Positions 14,295 through 27,041 of a stretch of DNA of 64,000 nt are shown here, one piece after another. This DNA is from the human T2T-CHM13v2.0 reference genome, Homo sapiens. The translations under genes and the position numbers were made by a program. The stretch is from NCBI RefSeq assembly GCF_009914755.1, contig NC_060932.1; one strand, 5' to 3'. The notes below the pieces were generated by a model. It saw only the letters and a list, made by a program, of their open reading frames with translations, ran no database searches and had not been told where the DNA came from. Position 1 is the first letter of the stretch. Each line of letters starts with the position of its first letter.

Positions 14295-14434
14295 TTTTTT
14301 TTTTTTTTTTGAGACAGGGTCTTGCTTGGTCACCCGGGCTGGAGTACAGTGGTGCAGTCATAGCTCACTGCAGCCTCAAATCCTGGGCTCAAGGGATCCT
14401 CTTGCCTTAGCCTTCTAAGTAGCTGTGGTTACAC
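14295..14434 (-). mobile_element. Truncated AluJ/FRAM right arm
   Basis: Poly-T plus right-arm sequence, flanked by an imperfect TSD CTATATAA(T/C)TCTT. Confidence 0.85.
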
Positions 14435-15788
14435 CTATATAACTCTTGATCAATCCTACTCTGATTTCTCCGTATGAAAATCCTACAGATTAGTTAAGAT
14501 TTCTTTTACTTTCAAATGTCAAATACCTAAACACTACCTTAAGGGTAAGGAGGCCTAATAATTAATGTAGTCAGATCATAAAAAGTATGCTCTAGTAGCC
14601 TCAGGGATCCAGGAATTTCTCTCTCATCTCAATTCGCCTCTTTCTACCCCAACCATCTGCAGTCCTTGTTTCTCCACTACACAAGAAACACATCCAAAAC
14701 AAGCAACACCTTTTCACAGCTTGTCTCTCTCAATAGTAACAACAACAAACTAGTTATTTCTCCCAGCTCCAGTATGAAAGTTCCCAGTAGAGGTTCAGTT
14801 CACCTATCCTTCCCATGGACAGATCTGCGTGGCTAGGAGAAAGTTCTATGACTCGGCCCATCTCTGAAGCCAAGGGGACTAGGGGGTTGTGGGGAGGTGG
14901 GTATTAATGAAGGGCAGCACTGACCTAGCCACTAATAATCCTCCTGAACTTCACAGCCTCCCCTATTTGTATGTGACTAATTCAGCACTACTAGAGAAAA
15001 TTAAACAATAGAACAAATTAATGCCATTGAATATTCATCAACTCAAACTTCAGCAGGGTCTTCATTCATGAGCCTCTCGCCATCTCCTCTAAAATGCATC
15101 TGCACTAGCACCTATTTCTCCTTTCTGATGGTAAGGGAAGAACCAACAAAATGGGATTTCAGAACTGAACTCAGAGATCATGAAACAAAGGTTTCCTTAT
15201 ACGGATGAGGAAATGAAATCCCATGTTAATTAACTTCTCTCCACATTCCATAACTTGTTTTTCACAAACACTGACTCAAGTAAATAACACTTCATGTTTA
15301 CATCAACTAAGTACATTGTCTCCTCCTAAGACCAAACCTTATAGCATCGTATATGCCTGGCCAAAGTCAGAGCCCATTTGAAAAGATAATAAGACTTGTG
15401 CCTCTCTTAGAATATATTCAAATAATCTGGTAATGTTCTATTCTTAAAAGATGAGCTTTAAAGAGCCACCGTTGCTAGGACACATGCTTGAAGCGCCTTT
15501 GTTGGTGAGGATGATGGGCTGGCTGCACTGATCCTATACTCTTAGTCCATTTAGGACCAAAGGCATTTGTCATGAGAATGGCTAAAACTGGAGGCATAGT
15601 CTATGGCTCAGAAAAACAACTTATCTCCAGCTATGTGAGGGGTTATCTGGCCTAGCTGCAAGAGGGCAGGGTTTGGGGAGAAACATTGCTATGGACTGGT
15701 AGTTAGAGCTAAGTGGAGAAAGTTACCACATGGACCTTAATGGGACAGGGCAGCCCATATGAATACATACAGTGAAGCGATAACTCAC

Positions 15789-16226
15789 TGTGGAAGGCTG
15801 AAGAATGGCACCCCTAATGTCCAGGTCCCAATCTCTAGAACTTGTGAATGTTACCTTATATGGCAAAAACTTTAAAGATGTGATTAAGTTAAAGAACTTG
15901 AGATGGGGAACGTACGTGGGTGGGCTCTAAATGCAATCACAAGTGTCTTTATAGAAGGCAGACGGAGATTTAAGAAAGAAAAGAAGGCAACATGAAGAGG
16001 AATATGGAAATTAGAGTAATACACACGTAAGTCAAAGAATGCTGGCGACCACCAGAGGTTAGAAGAGGCGAGGAAGAGACTTTTCCCCTGAACCCTCCAG
16101 AGGGTAAAAAGCCCTGTTGACCTCTTGATTTCAGACCTCTGGCCTCTGCAATTGTGAGAATGCATTTCTGTTTTTAAGACACCAAGTTTGTGGTAATTTG
16201 TTTCAGCAGCCCGAGGAAACTAATAC
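15789..16226 (+). mobile_element. MLT1C/D-type solo MaLR LTR
   Basis: TGTGGAAGGCTGAAGAATGGC...TGTGAATGTTACCTTATATGGCAAAA...GTTTGTGGTAATTTGTTTCAGCAGCCCGAGGAAACTAATAC. Confidence 0.85.
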
Positions 16227-18914
16227 TCTAGCGTACTAGAGAATAGCAGATACCTAGCAAAGAATGATGATATACCCACAGGTGGATTTCAGGAAATAGT
16301 TCCAGGGTCAGTCCCTAGGACAAACAGTCTTTCCCCACAGTGGTCTTATCTAAAGATGTGACAGTGCACAAGAAAATCAACCGAGGAATTTTTAAAAACA
16401 CTGATTATTGTGCCCTGTCCTAGATCTACCACATCAGCTCCTTGGACGAGGAAACTGCATGAATATTTCTAAATGCTCCACATGTAACTCTGATTGGAAG
16501 CCTTGGTTAAAAAATCACTGCTTTGCAAGCTTACCAATCTTTTATCTAACTGTAATTTCTGTAACTTAACCCCAGAGCCAGATCACAATCACATACCTCT
16601 CTCGACACTAGCCAGGACAGAATGACTCTTTGAATTTGAAGATCATCATTTTTAAGAATAACAAAGCAAAGAAAATTGCTTAAATTACAGAGGTAAACAT
16701 ATTCTGGTCTAAATTTAATTTTAAGTCGTTGTTCCTCACTTTTGGTTGCTTCTCAGAGACGATAAAATGCAATTTTATTCAAGGCTTTAGTGCTGTCATT
16801 GCCAGCCCACACAGGGCTCTCTGAAGCTTTTCTACATTACCATGCATTGTGTAACCGTGAGTCTCTCTTTCTCTCTCCAACATATTTTGCACAGTTGATG
16901 GAATTCGTGTATTTTAGTTCAATCATCTCTAAACTCCAATGAATTTTTTTCTCTGTGGTTCCTGAATCATTATGAAAAGTATGGAGGATATCACAGCTTC
17001 CACTTTCAGTGAAACTGACAGTGACCGCAGTGGAATTTGTACTCAGAAAGAATTATGACACCATCCGTACCACAATTCCCTCTTTCAAATGCTATGCTGG
17101 CTCTCATGCAGATACTTAGATCAAGCAGACTGTTAAGTATAGAATTAAATATGCACCACTCTGGCAGTGTTATCAGAGAAAGAGCATGTTTGAAAAAGAC
17201 ACTGGTTAAAAATTAATGATAAAACCAGTTATTAGATAAATATCAAAATGGTTAGAAAAACTCAAAATACTTTGCAATGGTCTTCAACTTCTACTATCGT
17301 CTCTATGCCTTAAAATAATATTGAAAAACTGCACTATCTCTCACTATAGGAAGCTTCTCCAAAACTAGGATTTGGAATTGACTCTTTTTTTGCCCCCTCC
17401 GCACCAGTGGAGGTCCTTACACCTTGCGATGTACCAAATAAGGTTATAGGTGAGGGTTATGACTTTTTTTTCTTAAGTGGCAAAGGGCAATTGTTAAGCA
17501 GAGATGCAAAAGGAGAAATAGCCTGAAGGCTTGACCACAAGAGAATTCACAGGTAGATCCATTTTAGGGAGAAGTACATACAGAAGATGAGTTTCTGGAA
17601 ATGGATTCCCTTTAAGCTATTTGTGTTCTCCCGTACCCACTGGACAGTTTTCACATGCCCAAGTTTAAAGAGCGCCACATTAGAGAATGTATATTCATAA
17701 GCAACCTGGTCAACATTCATCTTTTCAGCTCTTATTTAGGGTAATAGAACATGCTTGAATTTTTTTTTTTTCACTTCTATGGTAAGATGTAGTTTTGAAA
17801 TCGAGTCAACATGTAAACAGAGCTGAAATCTGTATCTCGGGCAATTAGTCTTATGTTGTGATGTACTTCCAAACCCAGTCACAGTCCCAAAACCACCTAA
17901 CCATGAATAGATGTCCCAGCACAAATTCGTATTAATGAACACTAGAAAATTACTCTTCAAGCCCTTATCTTATTGAAAGAGAATCTGAAGTATAATTAAT
18001 ATGTATAATTCATCATGTAATCATTTTTAAGCACATTCCAGAGGCTAGGGAGGCATTATGCTAGGTACAGATGAATCTGTTCTGTCTTCAGAGGCCTCTT
18101 ATATAAGGAATACAAAATGTGCTGCTAACCCTGACTGAACTTTACCTAGTGAAGAATTAGTCAGCTAATGGAGTCAACTAATTTTTTTCCTACTTACAAT
18201 GTGTGAGACACTTTCACACACAGTATCTAATATGTGACATTATGTTATACATATTTTCTTGAGAGAAAGATTTGATAAAACAGAGAACAGATCCAATCTT
18301 ATGAGCAAAGAATTTGAAACGGGTGGGTGGGGCACCTATCACTGACTTGTACATTTAAGACAAATCAATTTACCTGGCCCTCATTTTCTTTACATGCAAT
18401 AGGAGAGGGCTGCATAAAGTTAGTGTTCTTTGCCCCCTTCCAGATCTACTATTTTACAATTCAGCTTGAGAAAGACCTTAGCTATCACCCAGCCAAACTC
18501 CCAAACTAGTCCTTTCTTTAGTCTCTGCTCCCTTTTCCTGTGTTCCTCACTAAATATTTTTTGCCATGGTTTTTGATCAATAGCATGACTACCTGCTCTC
18601 AAATCCTAGGCACAGCTTTTACAGATTAATAAATGCACATTTTAAAATTGCAAATGAACGAACAAGAATAGGAGAGGGAGTGGGAGCTACAGCAAGAAAG
18701 CCAGAGAAATATTATGAGGTGGGGGAAGGGGAGCAATGGGACTCTGACTGCTTCTTGTCAAATGCACCTTTCTGAGCTACAACAGTTTGAACCACCATTT
18801 CTTCATTATTACTGAAGAAAAATAAGGTAGCCAAAGACAATACTAACTAAACACACCTGCCAAAGAATATGGCCAGCATCTCTGGGGATGCACAAAATCA
18901 AACCTGAAAGTGAA

Positions 18915-19221
18915 GGCCGGGCGCAGTGGCTCACAAATGTAATCCCAGCACTTTGGGAGCCGCAGAGGGAGGATCACTTGAGCCCAGGAGTTCGAAACCA
19001 GCCTAGCCAACGTGGCGAAACCCAGCCTTTACTAAAAACACAAAAATTAGCCAGGTGTGGTGACACGTGCCTGTAGTCCCAGCTACTTAGAGGCTGATGC
19101 AGGAGGATTGCTTCAACCAGGGAGGTGGAGGTTTCAGTGAGCCAAGATCATGCCACTGCACTCCAGCCTGGGCGACAGAATGAGACTTTGTCTCAAAAAA
19201 CCAAAAAGCAAAAAAAAAAAA
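18915..19221 (+). mobile_element. Alu (J/S)
   Basis: GGCCGGGCGCAGTGGCTCAC start, dimeric structure, A-rich tail. Confidence 0.95.
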
Positions 19222-21469
19222 ACCGAATAAAAATGTAATTGCTAATTATCTTTTGTACTAACATAATACTTCAAAGTTTTACTAATGTGTGTATGCATTC
19301 ATTTATTTATTTTGGGGGTGGACTTGATCAATAAGATGTATTCAAACACAGCACATTTCTCCTAAACTACTTTTGCTTCACCTTGAGATTACCTTCTATT
19401 GAACTGGCTGTTGTGTCTCAGAGAAAGTGTCTTAACTATGCTAGTATGAATAACACTATTCTAAATGTAAACAAAACATTAAGATTGCTGCTAAGTTCTT
19501 TGTAGAGTAAAGGTTTTAAGTATAGGGATACCTCACTGTATTGTGCTTTGCCTCACTGAGCTTCACGTATACGATAATGCTTTACAACTTGAAGGTTTGT
19601 GGCTACCCTGTTTTGAGCAAATCTGTCAGTGACATTTTTTTCCAGCAGCACAGTTTCACTTTGTATCTCTCTGTCACATTTTGACAATTCTCACAATTCA
19701 AACATTTGATTATTATATTTGCTATGGTAATCAGTGATCTTTGATGTTACTACTGTAATTGTTTTGGGGAGCCATTAACCATCTCCACATAAGATGGTAA
19801 ACTTAATAAATGTTATGTGTTCTGAGCACTGCACTGACCAGCTGTTCCCTAAGATACAACAATACTGAAATTAGACCAATTAGTAATCCTGCAATGGTCT
19901 CTAACTGTTCAAGTAAAAGGAAGAGTTGCATGTCTCTCACTTTAAATCAAAAGCTAGAAATGATTAAGCTTAGTGAGGCTAAGGCTACGCTGAAGGTGAG
20001 GTTTCTTGCACCAGTTAACCAAGTTGTAAATGAAAAGAAAAAGTTCTTGAAGAAAATTAAAAGTGTTACTCCAGGGAACACACAAAATATAAGAGAGTGA
20101 AACAGCTTTATTGCTGATATGGAGAAAGTTTAAATGGTCTGGATAGAAGATCAAACTAGCCACAACATTCCCTTAAGGCCAAAGCCTAATTCAGAGCAAG
20201 GACCTAACTGTCTTCCACCCTGCAAAAGCTGAGACAAGTGAGAAAGCTGCAGAAGAAAAGTTTGAAGGTAACAGATGTCGGTTCGTGAGGTTTAAGGAAA
20301 GAAGCAGACCCTGTAATATAAAAGTCCAAGGTAAAGCTGCAACCGGTGATGGAGAAGCTGCAGCAAGTTATCCAGAAGATCCAGCTAAGATCACTGATGA
20401 AGGTGGCTATACTAAACAACAGATTTTCAGTATATACAAAACAGCCTTTTATTGGAAGATAATGCCATCTAGGACTTTGATAGCTAGGGAGAAGTCAATG
20501 CCTGGCTTCAAAGCTTCAAAAGTCAGGCTGACTCTCTTCTTAGGGGCAATGGGGCAATGAAGCTGGTGACCTTAAGCTGAAGCCAATGCTCAAGTATCAT
20601 TCTGAAAATCCTGAGGCCCTTACTCTGCCTTTGCTCTTTAAGTGTAACAACAAAGCCAGGATGGCAGCATATCTGTTGACAGGATGGTTTGCTAAATATT
20701 TTTAGTCCATTGTCGAGACCTATTGCTCAGAAAAAAGGATTCCTTTCAAAATGTTACTGGTCATTAACAGAGCACCTCGTCACCCAAGAACTCTGATGGA
20801 GATGTACAAGGAGATGACTGTTGTTTTCATGCCTGCTAACACAACATCCATTCCGTAGACCATGGATCAAGAAGTGATTTCTACTGCCAAGTCTTATTAT
20901 TTAAATACATTTCACAAGGCTGTAACTGCCATAGATAGCGATTCCTCTGATGGATATGGGCAAAGTAAACTGAAAACCTTCTAGAAAGGATTCACCATTT
21001 TGGATGTCTTCAAGAACATCTGTGATTCATGGGAGGTCAAAATATCAACATCAACAGGAGTTTGGAAGAAGTTGATTCCAACCCTCATGGAATGACTTTG
21101 GGGGGTTTGAGACTTCAGCAGAGGAAGTCACTGCAGATGTGGTGGAAACAGTAACACAGCTAGAATTAGACGTGGAGCCTAAAGATATGACTGCATTGCT
21201 GCAATCTCATGGTAAAACATGAACAGATGAGGATTTGTATGGATGAGCAAAGAAAGTAGTTTCCTGAGATGGAAACTACCCCCGGTGAAGATGCTATGAA
21301 CACTGTTAAAATGACAAAAAAGGATTTAGAATATGAAATAAACATAGTTCATAAAGCAGTAGCAGGGTTTGAGGGGAATGACTGCATTTCTGAATGAAGT
21401 TCTACTGTGGGTAAAATGCTAACAAACAGCATCAAATGCTACACAGAAATCTTTCATGAAAGAGTCTAC

Positions 21470-21638
21470 AGCTGGGTGTGGGTGGCGTGCATGCCAATGG
21501 TCTCAGCTATTTGAGAGGCTGAGGTGAGAAGACTGTTTGAGCCTGGGAGATCAAGGCTGCAGTGAGCTGTGATCGTGCCACTGCACTTCAGCCTGGGTGA
21601 GACAGCGAGACCCAGTCTTAAAAAACAAACAAACAAAA
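21470..21638 (+). mobile_element. Alu right-arm monomer (FRAM/AluJ) nested in Tigger1
   Basis: GCTGGGTGTGGGTGGCGTGCATGCC...CAGCCTGGGTGAGACAGCGAGACCC followed by an AAAC tail. Confidence 0.85.
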
Positions 21639-21829
21639 CTAATGATGCAGCAAGCTTAATTACTGCCTTTTCAGAAATTGCCACAGTCATATCAACCTTC
21701 AGCAGCCACCACCCTGATTAGTCAGCAGCCATCAACATCAAGGTGAGACCCTCCATAAGCAAAACGATGACAACTTGCTGAAGGCTCCAATGACACACAT
21801 AATAAACTACAGTATAGTGTAAACATACC

Positions 21830-22119
21830 TTTTTTTTTGAGACAGTCTTGTGTGTCACTCAGGCTGGACTGCAGTGTGGCACGATCTCCACTTACTGCAA
21901 CTTCTGCCTCCTGGGTTCAAGTGGTTCTCTTGCCTTAGCCTCCTGAGTAGCTGGAATTATAGGGGCACGCCACTGTGTCCTGTTTATTTTTGTATTTTTA
22001 GTAGAGACAGGGTTTCGCCATGTTGGCCAGGCTGGTCTTGAACTCCTGACCTCAGGTGATCCGCCCGCTTTGGCATCCCAAAGTTCTGTGATTAAAGGCG
22101 TGAGCCACCTCACCCAGCT
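21830..22119 (-). mobile_element. AluS nested in Tigger1
   Basis: Reverse dimeric Alu. TSD GTGTAAACATA at 21817-21827 and 22120-22130. Confidence 0.93.
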
Positions 22120-22647
22120 GTGTAAACATAACTTCTAAATGCATACGGACACCAAAAAATTCCTGTGGCTTGCTTTATCGCGGTATTTGTTTTATTGCTG
22201 TGGTCTAGAACTGAACCTGTAGTATCTCCAAGGTCTGCCTGTTTAAAGAATTTTTCCCCTAGTTACAACTGTAAACATCTAATGAACTGATTAGAACATT
22301 AAGTCCAAATGCTGGTTCATCATCAAAAAACAAACTAAGAGTTACAACTCAAATATCTCGTAACAGATAAGTCAGGAAGGCCAGGGAGAGACTCCGGGGG
22401 TTTGGAGAAAGCTCCATGTACAAGGTAAGCTAGCACTCAGCTGTAGCCTGATTTCAACCAAGTGGGAATGTAGCTTCACTATTGCTTTTTTTTGGGGGGT
22501 GGGGGGAAGTAGCTGGAAGCACACATTATTCAAGGCTGGCAAATGTTCAAGTATGTCAACAGAGAGAGCAATGTAAACTACTGTGGGTGAGACAAGCACA
22601 TCCACTATCAAAGAGGACACCAATTTTGAAACAGATTGGAATGCTAT

Positions 22648-24016
22648 TGTGTCCAGAATTGGTGGGTTCTTGGTCTCACTGACTTCCCTCGCGGTCAGTG
22701 TTACAGTTCTTAAAGGAGACGTGTCCGCAGTTTGTTCATTCCTCCCGGTGGGTTCATGGTCTTGCTGGATGTGTTGGGAGTTTTTTCCTTCTTGTGGGTT
22801 CGTGGTCTCGCTGGCTTCAGGAGTGAAGCTGCAGACCTTTGTGTTGAGTGTTACAGCTCATAAAGGCAGTGTGGAAGGGGACCCCAGCGAGTTGCCACTG
22901 GTGGCTCAGGCAGCCTGCTTTTATTCTCTTATCTGGCCCCACCCACATCCTGCTGATTGGTCCATTTTACAGAGAGCCGATTACTCTGTTTTACAGAGAA
23001 CTGATTGGTCCATTTTGACAAGGTGCTGACTGGTGCATTTACAATCCCTGAGCTAGACACAAAACTTCTCCACCTACCCACTAGATTAGCTAGATACAGA
23101 GTGCTGATTGGTGTATTTACAAACCCTGAGCTAGACACAAAGTGCTGATTGGTGCATTTACAAACCTTGAGCTAGATACAGAGTGCCGATTGGTGTATTC
23201 CCAAGCCCTTAGCTAGACATGAAGATTCTCCAAGTCCCCACCAGATTAGCTAGATACAGAGTGCCCACTGGTGCCTCCACAAACCCTGAGGTAGACACAG
23301 GGTGCTGATTGGCGTGTTTACAATCCCTTACCTAGACATAAAGATTCTTCAAGTCCCCAAATAGATTTAGGAGCCCAGCTGGCTTCACCCAGTGGATCCT
23401 GAACCAGGCGGCAGGCAGAGCTGCCCGCCAGTCCCGCCGTGTGCCTGCACTCCTCAGCCCTTAGGCAGCTGATGGGACCAGGCGCTGCGGAGCAGGGGGC
23501 GGTACTCGTCAGGGAGGCTCAGGCGGGGCAAGGAGCCCATGGCGGGGTGGGGGAGGCTCAGGCATGGCGGGCTGCAGAGCCTCCGAGCCCTGCCCCGCAG
23601 GGAGGCAGCTGAGGCCTGGGGAGAATCTGAGTGTAGCGCCGGCAGGCCGGCACTGCTGGGGGACCCGGTGCACCCTCCACAGCTGCTGGCCCAGTTACTA
23701 AGCCCCTCACTGCCCGAGGCCAGCGGCACCGGCCGGCCGCTCCAAGTGTGGGGCCCGCGGAAGCCACACCCACCAAGAAATCGCGCTGGCCCGCAAGCTC
23801 CGCGCGCAACCCGGGTTCCCGCCCAGGCCTCTCCCTGCACACCTCCCAGCAAGCTGAGGGAGCCGGCTCCGGCCTCGGTCAGCCCAGAAACGGGCTCCCA
23901 CAGTGCAGCGGCAGGCTGAAGGGTTCCTCAAGCGCGGCCAGAGTGGGCAGAGAGGCCGAGGGGTTGCGGAGAGTGAGCAAGGGCTGCCAGGACTGCCAGC
24001 ACGCTGTCACCTCTCA
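22648..24016 (-). mobile_element. Solo LTR12-family (ERV9) LTR, LTR12C-like, same sense as PSD3
   Basis: Minus strand starts TGAGAGGTGACAGCGTGCTGGCAGTCC and ends CCAATTCTGGACACA. It has a GC/CpG-rich 5' part and tandem ~40-bp CCAAT-containing units. The 4-bp flanks CTAT/CTGT are an imperfect TSD. Confidence 0.95.
22919..23312 (-). promoter_or_regulatory. LTR12 U3 promoter/enhancer: six intact CCAAT boxes and an AATAAAA TATA-like element
   Basis: Six GATTGG (CCAATC on minus) counted between 22955 and 23312. TTTTATT at 22919-22925 lies where the ERV9 LTR TATA-like box is expected. Activity is not shown by sequence. Confidence 0.65.
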
Positions 24017-24199
24017 CTGTGATTAGAAATTGTAAGGAGGAAACAGTAAGAATCACTGAACAAACACGGCAAAATTTCCAATTTTTGATTTATAGACAAA
24101 CTTCTGAATATTTCATGTTTCGCCTGGTATTTCTGACGCTGCGATGATGTTCTAGCCATTTCAAATAACTGATCTTCCTCTGATAATAACTATCAATGA

Positions 24200-24405
24200 G
24201 GCCCCACTATGTGATACTGCTAAGAGCCTGACTTTCACTTGATCTCACTGAACTCTCACAGCAGCCATATATGAGAGAGGTAGTATTATTCCCACTCTAG
24301 AAATGCCACAGCTGATGCCTATGAAGGTTAAGTAGGCTGCCAAGGTCATACAGCAGAGCTGGGTATCTCAGACAGGTCTTTCCTAAGCCATAGTCTCTGC
24401 TTTTA
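24200..24405 (-). mobile_element. MIR
   Basis: TATTATTCCCACTCTAG...GAAGGTTAAGTAGGCTGCCAAGGTCATACAGC matches the antisense MIR core. Confidence 0.65.
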
Positions 24406-24448
24406 ACTGCCCTAATCACAACACAATATTGTCACCATGTAAGTATAT

Positions 24449-24545
24449 TATTATGTGTACTGTTCACATACACACCTGTGTACATATATACATACTTTAA
24501 AGTCAGTATTATGTGTATTGTTCACATACACACCTGTGTACATAT
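24449..24545 (+). repeat. 39-bp direct duplication, period 58
   Basis: TATTATGTGTA(C/T)TGTTCACATACACACCTGTGTACATAT at 24449-24487 and 24507-24545. Confidence 0.9.
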
Positions 24546-25013
24546 TATTTTAAATATAGATAATCAGTAATAAATTTTGCAACTCTGATAAATGTCTTGC
24601 CTAGAAATCAGAGTTAATAAAGTTAAAAGTAAACAATGCTATCCACAGTATTACATTTCTTAGCTTTTCCTTTTGTTATATCAGCTTAGGCCTTCTTATT
24701 AGTTTATTTAAAAAATAATGTTTTCACAGGGAAAGATATCCATCATCCTAAGTTCACGGCTAAGAAAACTTATGATCACAGTGCACATGAATTGATGGTT
24801 TATAGTTCAAATTCTCCTTTAACACATCACTGACTATTTATAACTTGTCTACTCCATCTCCCTACATAGCGTACCTTGCTTAATGCATCCTCATTGTATT
24901 AGTCTATTGTACAATGACCACAACAAATATTTGATTATAACACATGCTGATATATGAAGGGAAATTGTTTTTTGTAACTACTAGACACTAATTAGAATGT
25001 ACTTTTTCTGATA

Positions 25014-25557
25014 CAGTAGTCTCCCGATCCTTGGGGGAATATGTTCCAAGGCTCCCAGTGGAACATGAAACCACGAATGGGACCAAACCCTATATATTGT
25101 ATGTTTTTTTCCTAGACTTACATGCTTATAAGGTTGAATTTGTAAATTAGGGACAGAAAGAAATTAACAATAACTAATAATAAAATAGAACAATGATAAC
25201 ATATGCCAGCTTCACTACTCTTGCACTTTGCAGCTATTATTAAGTAAAATAAGGGTGACTTGAAGGCAAGAACTGTGATGCTGTGACAGCCAATTTGATA
25301 ACCAACTTAGCTAGTAAGTGACTGAGGGCAGGGAGCATCCACAGTGGGGAGGCACTGGACAAAGGAAGGATTCGCGTCCACATGGGATGGCACACGACAG
25401 TGAGATTGCATCGCACTACGCCGGATGGCATGAGATTTAAAACTTATGAAATGTTTGTCTCTAAAATTTTCCTTTTAATGTTTTTGGACGATGTTTGATG
25501 GCAGTTAAGTGAAACCATGAGTAACTACCTGAAACTGCAGATAAGGGGCGAATCCTG
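25014..25557 (-). mobile_element. MER44-type (Tigger7-derived) non-autonomous DNA transposon
   Basis: Ends CAGTAGTCTCCC... and ...GATAAGGGGCGAATCCTG, with TA on both sides (25012-13, 25558-59). The internal sequence matches recalled MER44. Confidence 0.8.
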
Positions 25558-25667
25558 TAATGGTATAGCATATGGTATAAGTATTAATACAGTAAAGTAT
25601 TTTATAACAACTAGAAGACTAATTCATGTTTGTAACACTTATAATAGTAAAAATAAATCCCTTAAAA

Positions 25668-26330
25668 CCATTCATTTATTCATTCATATATTCAGTTGAA
25701 CAGTTATTTATTTAGGCATCGTGAATCCAGTGGTGAACAACAGACACAGAACTTAGATTTGAGTGGGGTGGAAGCAGGTAATAAATAAGAAAAATAACAG
25801 ATGACGATAATTCTGTCACTTTCTGGTAGGCTACCAGATAATTATTATAAGGTGATTCAAATAAGGTCACTGGAAAGAGTAGCCGTAGCCTGGATGGTCA
25901 GAGAAGGCCTCTGGGCAAGGAAACGTAAGACGTGAGTGACCGGGAGCAGCCACGCACAGGTGTGGGGAGCGAGGTAAGCAGCTCCTGGGCACCACTGAAC
26001 CGGGTGGGTCTGAGAAACCCAGCGGGGCTGGTGCGGCTGGAGCAAATGGGCCCAGCTGTGGTGTGAGCAGGTCCCGAAGGGCTTTTAAACCAGAAAAGTT
26101 AGAGGTTTATTCTGTGCTGGCCGGGTGACCACTAGAGGATTTTAAGCGGGAGGGTGACCTGCTGTAATTCATGTTTTTAAAGGGTGGCTCCGCTTCTGTG
26201 TGGAGAAAGGATTATAAGAGAAAAAGGGAAACAGCAGCGAGGCAGGTGGAATCTGGGTGAGAGGTGAGGTAAGTTGACTGGGATGAAGGCAGGCAGTGGC
26301 GGATTAGGGACGGATCAGGCTGTTTTTCTA
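25668..26330 (-). mobile_element. L2 fragment
   Basis: CATTCATTTATTCATTCA start and downstream GGTCAGAGAAGGCCTCT / GAGGATTTTAAGC motifs of antisense L2. Confidence 0.65.
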
Positions 26331-27041
26331 AATTATATGAGAAAGGTGGACCATTTTCACATACCTCAAGCACAAATAAAAAACTGGGTACAACGAACAG
26401 TTTCAACAGTAGCACCAGAAATGTATCATTATGATATTTAAAGTCATTTAAGCTAAGAAGGAGGTAAATACATTAAGAGATAAAGGAAAGAAGTAAGGTG
26501 CAAAACATTGTTACGGTATGTTTCCATTTTGTGGGGGAAAAATGTGTGCGAGTATCTGGGCACGAATAGAACATTTCTGAGGGGATACACACAACCCCAC
26601 CGACAATGACTGACTCCGGACACAGCAACTCGGGGAGCAGGGTGGGGGGATTTTCAATGTATAATCTTCTGGACAATTTGAATGTTGACCACACAGTGTA
26701 CACTTTGCTTCTTCGATGAAAAATAGAGATGACATTAGATTTTATGCTCCTTGCAGATGAGATCAAGTCTTCCATCTCCCTTTAGTCTCTATAATGCTTC
26801 GTAAGTTGTCTTAACCACAGCGAGGGTTTCATTTGCTGAGAAGGCAAGGGCTTCAGTGAGGACGATGCTGTATAACACAATTATGATGGGAGGCAGCAAA
26901 GGCAGGAAAAAAGAACAATAAACTAGAAAGCTGCAGACCTAGATTCACACCTGCTTCTACGTCCTAGGAAGTAAGTAGGATGACTCCACTTCGCCGATCT
27001 AGGAGCTGGAGGTTAGGCAGATTGTTGCTTGGTGTAGGTTG

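Larger units (their letters stand above)
19523..22241 (+). mobile_element. Near-full-length Tigger1 DNA transposon with decayed transposase, interrupted by two Alus
   Basis: Termini TAGGGATACCTC... and ...CCAAGGTCTGCCTG resemble the Tigger1 TIR. ORF fragments [21 protein letters not shown] and [29 protein letters not shown] are pogo/Tigger transposase sequence with stops and frameshifts. Confidence 0.92.

Noticed and set aside
19810-20560. Transposase-like ORFs as a domesticated TIGD-type gene
   Set aside because: They are Tigger1 fragments in different frames with stops; no continuous reading frame.
22950-23360. Regularly spaced ~40-bp repeats resembling a CRISPR array
   Set aside because: They are tandem CCAAT-containing units of LTR12 U3, without unique spacers or cas genes, in eukaryotic DNA.
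23400-24016. GC/CpG-rich stretch with several ORFs as a CpG-island gene
   Set aside because: It lies wholly inside the LTR12. The ORFs on both strands reflect stop-codon scarcity in GC-rich sequence.
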